Virus record (IMG/VR): IMGVR_UViG_2541047966_000009
Length of the DNA stretch: 34,397 bases
DNA from: a virus
Lineage: Duplodnaviria > Heunggongvirae > Uroviricota > Caudoviricetes
Direction: 5' to 3' (one strand)
The notes under the pieces are model-generated. The model worked only from the letters and a program-made list of their open reading frames with translations. It was not told where the DNA came from and made no database searches. Shown piece after piece: positions 1 to 9,217 of the stretch. How positions within the stretch are numbered: position 1 is the stretch's first letter; every line of letters begins with the position of its first letter. Made by a program: the position numbers and the translations under genes.

Positions 1-504
1 GCCTTCCCCCAAACCAAGGTTTTTGACAAACAGCGCAGGCTCAGGAATATCTGCGCCGTTCTGGTCTTTAGCCAGCTTTTCCGCCAGCTTGTTCAGTACC
101 GTAGTCGCAAAGTTTGGATCATTACCGAGAGCGTCAGCCAGCTCTTTAAGCGTATCCAGTGTCTCAGGGGCGCTGCCTGCAAGTGCCGCAAGTGCTTTGG
201 CCACAAACTCCGTCGTCGCCAGCTTTTTGCTGTTATCACCATTTGCAGGTGTAGGTGCTGTTGGTGTGCCGGTGAATGTCGGACTGGCTTTCGTCGCGTA
301 CTGGGTATGCGGGTCAACTGCCGCGATATGTGCAGCCAGGTCTGTTCCGCTTTTTTCGACCTTCTGTTTGAGGTATGACGTTCGGCTGGCCAGTTGTTTA
401 GCCTGGCGGTTAGAAATTCCGTCAGGTCCGCCCAGAACGGGGTCAGAGACCTCAATCTGGTAGATGCCGCTTTCCCACTGCGGGGTTTCGGGTAGATTTG
501 CCAT
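1..504 (-). CDS. tail fibre protein, N-terminal part (gene runs off the window start)
   Basis: Manual minus-strand translation from ATG at ~504: MANLPETPQWESGIYQIEVSDPVLGGPDGISNRQAKQLA..., resembling the conserved N-terminus of P2/Mu-type tail fibres; starts 2 nt after the gpI-like stop; absent from ORF track because no stop lies in the window. Confidence 0.7.
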   Translation of the reverse strand, partial: MANLPETPQWESGIYQIEVSDPVLGGPDGISNRQAKQLASRTSYLKQKVEKSGTDLAAHIAAVDPHTQYATKASPTFTGTPTAPTPANGDNSKKLATTEFVAKALAALAGSAPETLDTLKELADALGNDPNFATTVLNKLAEKLAKDQNGADIPEPALFVKNLGLGEG

Positions 505-506
505 AA

Positions 507-1085
507 TTAACTGCTCCCGTGGTTGTAACTACCGTCATAACAGGTAGTACTGTTGTATCGAATGGCGACAGACTGATATTCCAGACTTGCCAGATGACAG
601 CGAGCCGGAGCAAAGGCAGCAAGCGTCTGACGTAACAGCGCCGCCTGATCGTTAGTGATGGGTTGTTGAAGGATGACGCGATAGACTGCCCAGGCTTGTG
701 CATCACCATGGACGAAAAGCCCGTTGTACGTGTGTCTGCCGTCATAGCCAATCTGCCCCGTACCTTCAATCAGATCCACTTCGCCGAAGCCAAAACGGCG
801 GATAATTTCCCGGATTGACCACGGTGTTCCTTTATAGCGGTGTAGCTCGATAGCGGATTTGATAAGCATGCGGCGTACATCGTCCGATTCCGCCAGTTCC
901 CAGCCATCGCCGAACAGCGAGAACTGCTCGCCAAGCCATGGCAGCGCGGAACTGTCGACAATATCGACGAGACCGACCATCAGTACGCTCAGGTCGATGT
1001 TATCCAGCCGTCCGGCCAGTCTTCCCAGCGTTCTGAGACTGATATCACCCTCAAGCGGTGGCGGGAGTTGTAGCACCTTAGCCAT
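507..1085 (-). CDS. baseplate/tail protein, P2 gpI / Mu gp48-like
   Basis: 192-aa ORF; position between gpJ-like gene and tail fibre; overlaps gpJ-like stop (operon coupling). Confidence 0.65.
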   Translation of the reverse strand: MAKVLQLPPPLEGDISLRTLGRLAGRLDNIDLSVLMVGLVDIVDSSALPWLGEQFSLFGDGWELAESDDVRRMLIKSAIELHRYKGTPWSIREIIRRFGFGEVDLIEGTGQIGYDGRHTYNGLFVHGDAQAWAVYRVILQQPITNDQAALLRQTLAAFAPARCHLASLEYQSVAIRYNSTTCYDGSYNHGSS

Positions 1086-2181
1086 CGGACACCCCGGTCA
1101 TGTTAAGAGTGATCGCCGTACAGTTTGCCCATTCGTTTTCTGCCACCACCCTCAGTGCCGGTGTCACCAGTTCGACCTGGTACACCCCGGAAACGGACAA
1201 CACGCTGATAATCTGGCTGGGAACAATATCGCGCCCCAGCGTGGCGGTACGGGATGCCACCCAGTTCTGTATGGCGCTGTTAGCGTTGTCCTTTACCAAC
1301 CTTGCATCCTGATCACGATAGATCGTAATCCTGGCTTCAATGGTGTAATCCACCTGAACAGGTGTTTTAGCCCGCACGGTATCAGTGAGTGGTCTGACTT
1401 TTTCGTCAGAACAGAAACTCTCTACCAGAGTGAGGATACTGCTGTCCGGCAGACCAGTGCTGAGCAGCGGATACAGCTCGACAGTGCCGGGAGCGGGAGA
1501 AAGAACAGCAACGTCGACAATGCCGGGATGCGCCCCCATAGCATGAAAACGGTATGCACCACGGCTTCCGGCATTGGTGAATGACTCCGGGGCCAGCCTG
1601 ATACGCTCCCGGAGCCGGTCATCGTCTTCCTGCTCTGAACCGCCAGAGCTGGCCGTCAGATTGGTCACCAGCAGGTCAATGTTATCAATCTCATCGAGTA
1701 ACTGACTGACCTGCGCCGGTTGCCAGCCGTTGCCAGCGGTACCCGGCTCGGTACAGGTGGCCGTGACATTGACCAGCAGCAATCCGGCCTTCAGCACCAC
1801 GTCTGTATCGGTGGCAAAAATAATACTGTCGGAAGCGCTGACGCGGGTGCCTGCCGGGATCAGCACATCAATGGCCAGTGCCTCATCCACAGAGAACTGA
1901 AGTGTGGTGGTGGCAGGCTGCGCGGCAAGGCGGTATACACCGACCAGTTCACCGAGGTAATCAATCATCGGCTCACGGGAAAAAGCGACCAGATTCTGCT
2001 TCGCCGCCTCCTGTACTGCCACCCTGACCAGCATTTCGCGATAGGCCCACAGGTCAATCAGCAGACGTTCAGCCTGTGCCGGGTACAGCGTTTTTCCGGT
2101 ATCCGCTTCATACTTCGCAATCATTTCTGCCGTGATTTTATCGGCATCGCGTTCAATAAAATCGGGTTCTGTCAGCGCCAT
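1078..2181 (-). CDS. baseplate wedge protein, P2 gpJ / Mu gp47-like
   Basis: 367-aa ORF; size and synteny (W-J-I-fibre) typical of baseplate J family. Confidence 0.7.
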   Translation of the reverse strand: MALTEPDFIERDADKITAEMIAKYEADTGKTLYPAQAERLLIDLWAYREMLVRVAVQEAAKQNLVAFSREPMIDYLGELVGVYRLAAQPATTTLQFSVDEALAIDVLIPAGTRVSASDSIIFATDTDVVLKAGLLLVNVTATCTEPGTAGNGWQPAQVSQLLDEIDNIDLLVTNLTASSGGSEQEDDDRLRERIRLAPESFTNAGSRGAYRFHAMGAHPGIVDVAVLSPAPGTVELYPLLSTGLPDSSILTLVESFCSDEKVRPLTDTVRAKTPVQVDYTIEARITIYRDQDARLVKDNANSAIQNWVASRTATLGRDIVPSQIISVLSVSGVYQVELVTPALRVVAENEWANCTAITLNMTGVSDG

Positions 2182-2519
2182 AGCAGTTCCTGAGTACGGG
2201 GTTGTCCGTCTGAGCCTTTCCAGCTCACCCGGAGCGTAAGATGTTCGCCGTCGACGGCGGGTTTAACCGACATAAGCTGGCAGCGGGGTTCCCAGCGCCT
2301 GATGGCATCGACGGATTCGCGAACCACATGCGGAATGGCCCGGCCGACAGGCCAGTCGATATAAAGGTGCAGATTGCTGCCGAACTCCGGGCGATGCGGG
2401 TCGCTGCCGCGGGGAGTCCGCAGGATGATCTGGATGGACTGCCGGATATCATCCAGCCCCCGGACGATTTCGCCGGGAGCCTGCAGAGCTGGTTGCCAGA
2501 ATACTGAGGTCGTTTTCAT
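2172..2519 (-). CDS. baseplate protein, P2 gpW / T4 gp25-like
   Basis: 115-aa ORF; size and position upstream of gpJ-like gene. Confidence 0.65.
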   Translation of the reverse strand: MKTTSVFWQPALQAPGEIVRGLDDIRQSIQIILRTPRGSDPHRPEFGSNLHLYIDWPVGRAIPHVVRESVDAIRRWEPRCQLMSVKPAVDGEHLTLRVSWKGSDGQPRTQELLWR

Positions 2520-2575
2520 GGAGGCAGTATTGCCCCCGGGAAGTAAGCGCCGATATTAAAGGCGTTTAAGAAGGT

Positions 2576-3103
2576 TCAATGGGAATGGTGATTAGAGTTC
2601 TGACCATCAGCAAATATGTTACCCGTTGCATGGGCGCTTCCGTTGATTTCCAGATCACCATTGAGTGTCGCGGGGCCGTTGATCGTGGTAACTCCCGTGA
2701 GGTCGAGTTTTTTCCCTTTGAGAGAGATATCAGCGGCAACCTCCACCACGATACGCTCAATACCTCCTCTGACCGTCAGCGTATGGGTCGCGCGGTTATA
2801 ACTGAACTCCGCGCCATCAGCGTATTTCGTACCCCGGACGTTTTTATCACTGAACGGCGGTTTATCGACGTCTGAGTACACCGCGCCCAGAATAACACCA
2901 TCCTCGCCGTTGGCATCGAGCAGCACCTCAACCTGCTCCCCCACGTCAGGGAGCCAGTAATCCTTGTTATCCTGGGTATTGCGCTGTAGCACGTTAAGCC
3001 AGTTTGTGCGCAGATTATCGCATTCAGGCAGACGAACGCGGGCCTGAACCCTGTCGGCATCAACGGCACTGACCGTACCGACCTGACGGGTGACACCAGT
3101 CAT
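2576..3103 (-). CDS. baseplate spike protein, P2 gpV / Mu gp45-like
   Basis: 175-aa ORF; size and synteny between hub and gpW-like genes. Confidence 0.65.
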   Translation of the reverse strand: MTGVTRQVGTVSAVDADRVQARVRLPECDNLRTNWLNVLQRNTQDNKDYWLPDVGEQVEVLLDANGEDGVILGAVYSDVDKPPFSDKNVRGTKYADGAEFSYNRATHTLTVRGGIERIVVEVAADISLKGKKLDLTGVTTINGPATLNGDLEINGSAHATGNIFADGQNSNHHSH

Positions 3104-4254
3104 TTTTTCTTCTCCTTAATCACCGTCGATGTACTGCCATCCGGGTGATAAACCGTGAGTTTCTGAGTTTTTTGTTTTTTCCCTCTTGTGACTGGCCCCC
3201 GTGCCACTTCCAGCTCTGTGGTGTAGCCGCTGTTACGCTCAAACGCATGGCGGGCAGTGATTATCAGCCATGGACCGGATAACTGTCCAAAGCCCACCAG
3301 TTCAATTTTGTTGCCTGCTGTCAGTTGAGGCGTTCCCGTCAGCGTCAGGGAGCCGTTCTGCTGGTATTCGTTATGTCTGGCCAGTGCTGAATCCGCTTTA
3401 ATCCGGGCACTGTCCGGGTCGCTGACACGGCTGTTAACTTTAAGTGAGTCAGCGCTGGTAACCTTACCACCTTTGAGCTTTTTGTCGCTTTCACGGGTAC
3501 CACCATCAGCTTCGTAGACGATCAGTTTTTTACTGCTGCTTTTCTGGTGTTTTACCTTTGCAGATTTATAGACCCGGTTGATGGTGTCACGCAGGGAAAA
3601 GCGGGCCACATCCTGCGGTTTTAACTGCCTGACCGGCTCCTGACTGCGCAGTGTGGCCAGATGAGAAAAAATCAACTGGTCACTGACCACTTTCACTGCA
3701 TAACCATACTCGCTGGCCAGCCGGCGCAGAAAACCCACGTCGGTTTCAGCATACTGGGTCACCCGGTCGATTTTGATGGACTCAATGCTGCCCACCAGTT
3801 TCAGTCGGTGCTTTCTGGCAATCCGCCCCGCAACAGCTGCCAGCGTGGTGTTCTCAAAACCACGGCTGGATTTAGTCCGCAGAGCACTGTTAACCGAGGT
3901 GGCCACCCCACGGATAGCGACAACGGACGCGGGCGAACTCACTTCGATCTCGTCTATTGAGAATGTACCGCAGGACAGCAGTTTCTCGCCCTGATAACCC
4001 ATTTTCAGCGTCAGCGTGTCACCCTTGCCCGGATACCACTTATCCAGCCAGCGACCATCGGTGTCATCCAGCTCCACCTCAATGGTATCGGACTCATTTT
4101 TGATGTTATCGCTCCAGGTCACACGGGTGACATAAGGCGCGATATCAGAGGTGATATTTTTCTGCAGATACCACAGAGTGAACACCGGCGTCAGCACATC
4201 GCTGACGCCGGTTAACGCTGATACGTCTTGCGCAGTACTGTTTATCTCAGCCAT
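3100..4254 (-). CDS. tail/baseplate hub protein, P2 gpD / Mu gp44 (P)-like
   Basis: 384-aa ORF; size and synteny downstream of tape measure module. Confidence 0.65.
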   Translation of the reverse strand: MAEINSTAQDVSALTGVSDVLTPVFTLWYLQKNITSDIAPYVTRVTWSDNIKNESDTIEVELDDTDGRWLDKWYPGKGDTLTLKMGYQGEKLLSCGTFSIDEIEVSSPASVVAIRGVATSVNSALRTKSSRGFENTTLAAVAGRIARKHRLKLVGSIESIKIDRVTQYAETDVGFLRRLASEYGYAVKVVSDQLIFSHLATLRSQEPVRQLKPQDVARFSLRDTINRVYKSAKVKHQKSSSKKLIVYEADGGTRESDKKLKGGKVTSADSLKVNSRVSDPDSARIKADSALARHNEYQQNGSLTLTGTPQLTAGNKIELVGFGQLSGPWLIITARHAFERNSGYTTELEVARGPVTRGKKQKTQKLTVYHPDGSTSTVIKEKKK

Positions 4255-4457
4255 GGGGCAATATCCTCTTCTGTGCGGGCATCTTCAGCCTCAATAACCG
4301 GGATCAGTAACAACACCCCGGAGGGCAGCACCGGCGTAATGGCCACGTGCGGATTGGCTGCAATAATCCGGGGATAGCCCAGCGGGTCACCGTAGTACTG
4401 CCATGCCAGCGAATCCCAGCGCTCTCCGTCACGGGTAATATGTTCAAGAAACATCAC
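4242..4457 (-). CDS. small tail protein, P2 gpX-like (LysM-like)
   Basis: 71-aa ORF overlapping both neighbours; ...GERWDSLAWQYYGDPLGYPRIIAANP... resembles LysM-type tail protein X. Confidence 0.55.
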   Translation of the reverse strand: MMFLEHITRDGERWDSLAWQYYGDPLGYPRIIAANPHVAITPVLPSGVLLLIPVIEAEDARTEEDIAPWLR

Positions 4458-5338
4458 ACACTCCTCGTCAGTATTCTGGCGGCCATTGCACTTAATCCCG
4501 GAGACATGCGGTTGAATGCTGTGCCGGCGGCGTTAAGCTGCCCGGAAACGGTATCCAGAGCACCTGCAATATTTCTTTTGTCCACACCACTCAGCGCCGA
4601 CTGCGCCTGCTGTACATACGTGGCTGCCTCACTGGCTGTTCTGGCCAGACTGATGGCATCGGGCATGGATTCAGAGAGTGCATTAAACGCCGGAACACTT
4701 TTCCCCAGAGCTCCGGATATATTACCCAGTCCGCTCATCAGTCCAGGCACACGGGTCAGCGCGACAACGGGGTTACCCTTCATTTTCTGCGCCACCCGAA
4801 CGGCACTGATAGTGGTCTGGAGTACAGACTGCGCCTGTTTCGCATAGTTGACGCCGTTACGGACGAACTGCGCCACCCCGGAAGGCGATGGAACAGCACC
4901 CGATACAGCTCCGGCACCGGGAACCTGCCTGCGTATTGCCGGCGGTTGCAGAGGATTTTTCGGGTCACCGGTGTATTCCCGGAGAGACACGGTGGCACTG
5001 ACAGCCAGCACGTTACCGGTGCTGTCTGTCTGCTCGCTGGTTGCGGTCACATCGGTAATCACGAACCAGCCGCGATAGTCACCGTTGCCGAAGACCAGCG
5101 CCAGTGCCTGATGGGCCTTCATGGCTGTTCGCACTCTCGCCAGCTCCACGTCGGGCACACAATAATGCTGATGGAAGACCAGGCTTATCTGGATTTCGTC
5201 CAGCCTGTCGCCGACAAACTGCAGGCCGGGTTTACCCTCGATGCGGGCATGCTCCGCATAATCGACGCCGAACGTGGCCTCGAAGCCGTCCCAGTAGGTA
5301 ATCAGTTCAAACTCAATATCACCCAGTACGGCAAACAT
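4454..5338 (-). CDS. tail protein following tape measure (P2 gpU / Mu gp43 DNA-circulation N-domain-like)
   Basis: 294-aa ORF directly after tape measure gene with overlapping stop/start; Ala/Ser/Gly-rich C-terminal half. Confidence 0.5.
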   Translation of the reverse strand: MFAVLGDIEFELITYWDGFEATFGVDYAEHARIEGKPGLQFVGDRLDEIQISLVFHQHYCVPDVELARVRTAMKAHQALALVFGNGDYRGWFVITDVTATSEQTDSTGNVLAVSATVSLREYTGDPKNPLQPPAIRRQVPGAGAVSGAVPSPSGVAQFVRNGVNYAKQAQSVLQTTISAVRVAQKMKGNPVVALTRVPGLMSGLGNISGALGKSVPAFNALSESMPDAISLARTASEAATYVQQAQSALSGVDKRNIAGALDTVSGQLNAAGTAFNRMSPGLSAMAARILTRSV

Positions 5339-7803
5339 CAGCTGTACTCCTTACGTTGTTTCTGAGCCAGCAGACGCTCCAGCATTTTTTCCAGCTCATG
5401 CAGGCTCATATTCAGGGCACCAGTCAGCCCGGCAGGCGCTGCGGTTTCCTTACCATTGAGGAAAAACTGAGGATTAAAGCTGACCTGGATACCGCCAGAC
5501 GCTCCACCGCCAGTTGCCGTTGCACCACGGCCTGAATATCCGGCAGCCATGATTTTCGGCGACGGGATACGGGGAACATCCGGTGTCATTTCAGCGGCCA
5601 GGCGCTGCCCGGCCAGTGCAGCAAGCGGAGTGGTCCGTTGCAGGCCAATGGCGGCACCCTGCGCGATATTGTCACCAAAGCCCATAAACACGCGACTCGG
5701 TGAATGGATGCCCAGCTTTTCGCTGAACCAGTCACTGATGCTGTCACCCATTCCGGTTACGCTGGTTTTGAGTGACGCCCATTTGTTTCTGATGCCATTT
5801 ATCAACCCGTCAATAAGATGACCACCGAAGTCGGTGAATTTCGCCGGCAGATCAACGCCGAGATATTTCAGCGCAGCCGCAAAGGCTTTATAAAGCAGAC
5901 CAGCCGGAGACCAGTTAACCAGCAGTTTACCAATTCCCACGATGCCGCCGTTAAAGGCTTCCTGAATGTCAGCCCAGCGCTGTTTAAACCAGCTACTGAC
6001 TGCGCCCCAGTTGCGGTAGATAAGGTAAGCTGCTGCCGCGACGGCGGTGATAACGAGACCGATGGGATTCATCAGCAGCGCCCGGCCAATCCAGAGAACG
6101 GCACGCCCGGCGCTCATAATTCCGCGAACCAGCCCCCCTGAGAGCACACCACCCAGTGTTCTGGCTCCTCTGGCGACAGCACCAAAGCCTGTCACCAGCC
6201 AGCGGAGTTTACCGCCTTCCCCCAGTGCGAGCGTCAGACGAAGCCAGTTGGCCCGAAGTAAAACAGCATTTTTCCAGACGCTTACAAAGGGGGAAAGAAG
6301 GAGATTCAGCCCAAGCTTGAGACCGATAGTGGCCATCCTGAAAGCGAGTAATGCGCCCACAACCTTTATGGTGCTGCTGACGAGCTGCGGATTTGCCGCT
6401 ATCCATTTGCCAACACTGTCCATTAAAGGAATAAATGTTTCACCCAACTGGAGCAAAGCCGGACGCAAGGATTGCCCGATGCTGATAGCAGAATCATTAA
6501 AGCCGATCTGCATTCTGCGCCAGCGACCTTCAAGCGTATCATTCTGCTTTGCAGCATCCTTATCCAGGGTAGAAATTGCAGCCGGAGCATTCATTTCCTG
6601 CTTACTGGAAAGGTATTTATCCCAGCCCTGTCGCATTGACAGTAAATGGTTGACAGTCTGAATATCGGTAAAGACCTCAGCCAGACCAAATGACTCCATG
6701 AGTTTCTGCTGACCTTCCTGATCGCCTCTTGCTCCTGCAGCTTTCCATTGCTGCAAGAACGCTTTGCCTTTACTGTCGATAAAACGGTTGGCAATCATCA
6801 GTGAAGCTTCGTACTGCGAAAAACCCTGAGCGACGTAATTCTGCATTGACCCCTGGTAATCCACCCCGGCTTTAGCATATTTCTGGATGGTATCTCCGCG
6901 GCCCATTGCTGCCAGCCAGTTGGACATATTGGTGACCGCTTCCTCTGCAGAGCCACTACCTTTACCGACCTCCAGACTGGCAACAATCTGGGTAATCGCA
7001 TCTTTTCCATAAATACCACGAGCAGCGAAGGCTTTAGCCATACCGGGTAATGCTTTTGCCATATCCTTCAGCTCAAATGACCCAAGTTTGGCTCCTGTTG
7101 CCGCAATACCAAACGCCTGTTCAAGTTCTTTCGCATCAGTGATTCTGAGTGCATCGCTGAAGGCATAAGTCATTTTGGCAAGGTCGGTCATATCGGCTTT
7201 GGTTGCTGTAGCGGTCTTTCCAAGCATCTCTGCAAACGTTGCTGCCCGTTCGGGGGCCATACCATCAGCAACTAATTGTCCGACTCCCCCTAACAGAGAC
7301 TCCTGCAGTTGGTTAACCTTCAGCGAGGCCTGTCTGATAGCCTGGCCAATTGCACGTTCCTGTTTTGCATCCAGGTCTCCTGTGACACTGATATCCCGCA
7401 ACTGTGATTCAAACGAGGCATATTGTTTAACCGAGGCCATGACCGGTGCGCCCAGCGTTCTGCCAATAGCATAGGTTTCTGCACCCTGACCATAGAGCGC
7501 CAGGCGGTTAGCCTTCAACGCATCACCGGTGGCTGATACTGCTGACAGACGGCGCTGCTGACGTTCAATTTGCTCCATGGTGCGGCTTACCCGCAGCAAC
7601 TCGCTGTTGAGATGCTGCATCCGGGAAGAACCCAGTTGACCATAACGTTCTGTTGCCCGGGTTAAGGCATTCTGGCGTTCCTGCAGACGGCGGGAGGTAT
7701 CACCAAGGGAATCAAGGGCGCGTCGGGTGCCACTGACGGCTGAGCGGAAGCTGCTCCCGACAATGCCGCCAATAATGACGCCGACTGAAAATTCACTGGC
7801 CAC
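5338..7803 (-). CDS. tail tape measure protein
   Basis: 821-aa ORF, largest in tail module; Ala/Gly/Leu-rich with hydrophobic segments; GTG start preceded by GAGGA. Confidence 0.8.
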   Translation of the reverse strand: MASEFSVGVIIGGIVGSSFRSAVSGTRRALDSLGDTSRRLQERQNALTRATERYGQLGSSRMQHLNSELLRVSRTMEQIERQQRRLSAVSATGDALKANRLALYGQGAETYAIGRTLGAPVMASVKQYASFESQLRDISVTGDLDAKQERAIGQAIRQASLKVNQLQESLLGGVGQLVADGMAPERAATFAEMLGKTATATKADMTDLAKMTYAFSDALRITDAKELEQAFGIAATGAKLGSFELKDMAKALPGMAKAFAARGIYGKDAITQIVASLEVGKGSGSAEEAVTNMSNWLAAMGRGDTIQKYAKAGVDYQGSMQNYVAQGFSQYEASLMIANRFIDSKGKAFLQQWKAAGARGDQEGQQKLMESFGLAEVFTDIQTVNHLLSMRQGWDKYLSSKQEMNAPAAISTLDKDAAKQNDTLEGRWRRMQIGFNDSAISIGQSLRPALLQLGETFIPLMDSVGKWIAANPQLVSSTIKVVGALLAFRMATIGLKLGLNLLLSPFVSVWKNAVLLRANWLRLTLALGEGGKLRWLVTGFGAVARGARTLGGVLSGGLVRGIMSAGRAVLWIGRALLMNPIGLVITAVAAAAYLIYRNWGAVSSWFKQRWADIQEAFNGGIVGIGKLLVNWSPAGLLYKAFAAALKYLGVDLPAKFTDFGGHLIDGLINGIRNKWASLKTSVTGMGDSISDWFSEKLGIHSPSRVFMGFGDNIAQGAAIGLQRTTPLAALAGQRLAAEMTPDVPRIPSPKIMAAGYSGRGATATGGGASGGIQVSFNPQFFLNGKETAAPAGLTGALNMSLHELEKMLERLLAQKQRKEYS

Positions 7804-7896
7804 GGTGGCTATCCTCTGAAAGCAAAAAAAACGGAAGGGAAGTGTCTGAAACCCATGCAGAACAGCCGCGACTGGCGGCTGTTAAGTGATACGTTG

Positions 7897-8154
7897 TTAC
7901 TGATTGTCGCCGAACTCGCTTTTGATTTGCTCTTCAGCCTGCTCCAGCCACATCTCCAGATCGTCAGTATCGAGGGCATCAATCTCCCCCGGTTGAAACC
8001 TGAACCATCTCGCCAGCAGGCCCTGCACCTGCATCAGTGTTTTTGTCGCTCTTGCCCAGCCCAGTGATTTTCTGAAATCGTTTCTGCAGCTCCATATAGT
8101 CGGCAAGATCCATGTTATCGAGGTCTTCCGGGAGGATACCGGTGCTACGGGCAA
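7897..8154 (-). CDS. tail assembly chaperone frameshift extension (P2 E'-like); probably made as a fusion with the upstream chaperone
   Basis: Second open frame overlapping the 3' half of the gpE-like gene and running 82 nt past its stop toward the tape measure gene; acidic C-terminus ...DTDDLEMWLEQAEEQIKSEFGDNQ. Confidence 0.5.
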   Translation of the reverse strand: MPVAPVSSRKTSITWILPTIWSCRNDFRKSLGWARATKTLMQVQGLLARWFRFQPGEIDALDTDDLEMWLEQAEEQIKSEFGDNQ

Positions 8155-8320
8155 TCAGTGGTTCGTCCCAGTCTGCCGGGTCTTTGTTGATTTTGCGCAC
8201 CTGCTTCAGGTCTTTTACTGTCAGGCGTTTCAGTTCAATCTGTTCAATTCTGGTACCTGCAGCAGTGGTGAAAGGATAAGACAGCGTAAAAGTATCGGAC
8301 TGGGTCTGTGACATGATCAT
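7979..8320 (-). CDS. tail assembly chaperone, P2 gpE-like
   Basis: 113-aa ORF immediately upstream of tape measure gene; classic chaperone position with overlapping alternative frame. Confidence 0.65.
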   Translation of the reverse strand: MIMSQTQSDTFTLSYPFTTAAGTRIEQIELKRLTVKDLKQVRKINKDPADWDEPLIARSTGILPEDLDNMDLADYMELQKRFQKITGLGKSDKNTDAGAGPAGEMVQVSTGGD

Positions 8321-8389
8321 ACTCCTTTGTAAATTCAGAGCAGTATGTCTGGCGGTGGACGTGACGGATATTAAAGGGGATTAAGAAGA

Positions 8390-8405
8390 AGGGGCCGGAG
8401 CCCCT
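8390..8405 (-). terminator. possible weak intrinsic terminator/attenuator inside the tail operon
   Basis: GC hairpin AGGGGC-cgga-GCCCCT (6-bp stem) followed on minus strand by UCUUCUUAAU; lies between the 93-aa ORF and the chaperone gene. Confidence 0.25.
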
Positions 8406-8411
8406 GTGATG

Positions 8412-8693
8412 TCAGCAAGTGCGAAAACCCTTGCAGTTACGCAGGAAAGCGATGAGAAGCGCCTTTCCCTCAGATTTGCCGGTGCCGGAGAACCACTGGT
8501 CGGGCGGCTCCCATGCTTCAATCAAATCGGCCAGTTTGCGGGCCTTTGAACGTGTGCAGTCAATCGGGTCATTGGTTTTACGGGTATTAAAGAGGGTCTC
8601 CACCCCCGGAATATCAAGGAGGGTAAACCACGTACCATTTGACATGCCCAGTGACGCACATCGCCCTCCTTTGTCAGTCAGTTCAACACTCAC
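8412..8693 (-). CDS. hypothetical protein between tube and chaperone genes
   Basis: 93-aa ORF starting 3 nt after the tube stop, same strand as operon; no recognisable motif; entirely overlapped by a plus-strand ORF so coding status uncertain. Confidence 0.35.
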   Translation of the reverse strand: MSVELTDKGGRCASLGMSNGTWFTLLDIPGVETLFNTRKTNDPIDCTRSKARKLADLIEAWEPPDQWFSGTGKSEGKALLIAFLRNCKGFRTC

Positions 8694-8695
8694 CG

Positions 8696-9217
8696 TCAGC
8701 CCCCGATATTGATTCGATAGTCAGTCAGTTGATCAACGCCACCGACGCGGAAGATGTTGGCCAGATAGTCCAGTTGCAGCAACTCTTCACCATCCAGTAC
8801 CTGTCTGATATACGTGCAGGTGAAGCTACTGGAGAACTCGGCGTTCTCGTGCTGTTTGAACGTCCCCAGCGGGTTCTTCTTGAACATAATTGTCAGGAAG
8901 GTGACCAGCGGGATTTCGTCGATCAGCCCCTGCGAGCTGTAGCGCTGGACGCTGGAGCGACACTGCAGCGCCAGCGACTTGTACGGGTTCGCGGCAGACA
9001 ACATCGCATCGCGGTAAAAGCTGTTCCATTTGATTTCGCCTTCCAGTTTGTCAAAACCAGCCGGGAGTTCCACCTTACCCACCATCCCCAGTGCCTTGTG
9101 CTCCTGCATAATCATGGAGACATCGGGGAGTTTAACTTCCTCAGCCCGTCCCAGCAGGTTAGTACCATCCAGATAGATGTTGGCATTCGTGATTCGGTTT
9201 ATCTCAATCTTTGACAT
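8696..9217 (-). CDS. tail tube protein, P2 FII / Mu M-like
   Basis: 173-aa ORF directly after sheath gene; C-terminus ...FRVGGVDQLTDYRINIGG resembles FII-family tube proteins. Confidence 0.75.
   Translation of the reverse strand: MSKIEINRITNANIYLDGTNLLGRAEEVKLPDVSMIMQEHKALGMVGKVELPAGFDKLEGEIKWNSFYRDAMLSAANPYKSLALQCRSSVQRYSSQGLIDEIPLVTFLTIMFKKNPLGTFKQHENAEFSSSFTCTYIRQVLDGEELLQLDYLANIFRVGGVDQLTDYRINIGG

Noticed and set aside
23-463. 146-aa plus-strand ORF (and minus-strand ORFs 93..455, 452..769) at the window start
   Set aside because: They overlap the minus-strand frame encoding the conserved tail-fibre N-terminus, which continues the tail operon; low-complexity Ala/Ser-rich translations typical of antisense frames.
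7857-7875. Inverted repeat CAGCCGC-n5-GCGGCTG upstream of the tape measure gene, considered as a terminator
   Set aside because: The U-tract on the coding strand is about 30 nt away; it lies where the chaperone extension ends and the tape measure begins, where read-through is required.
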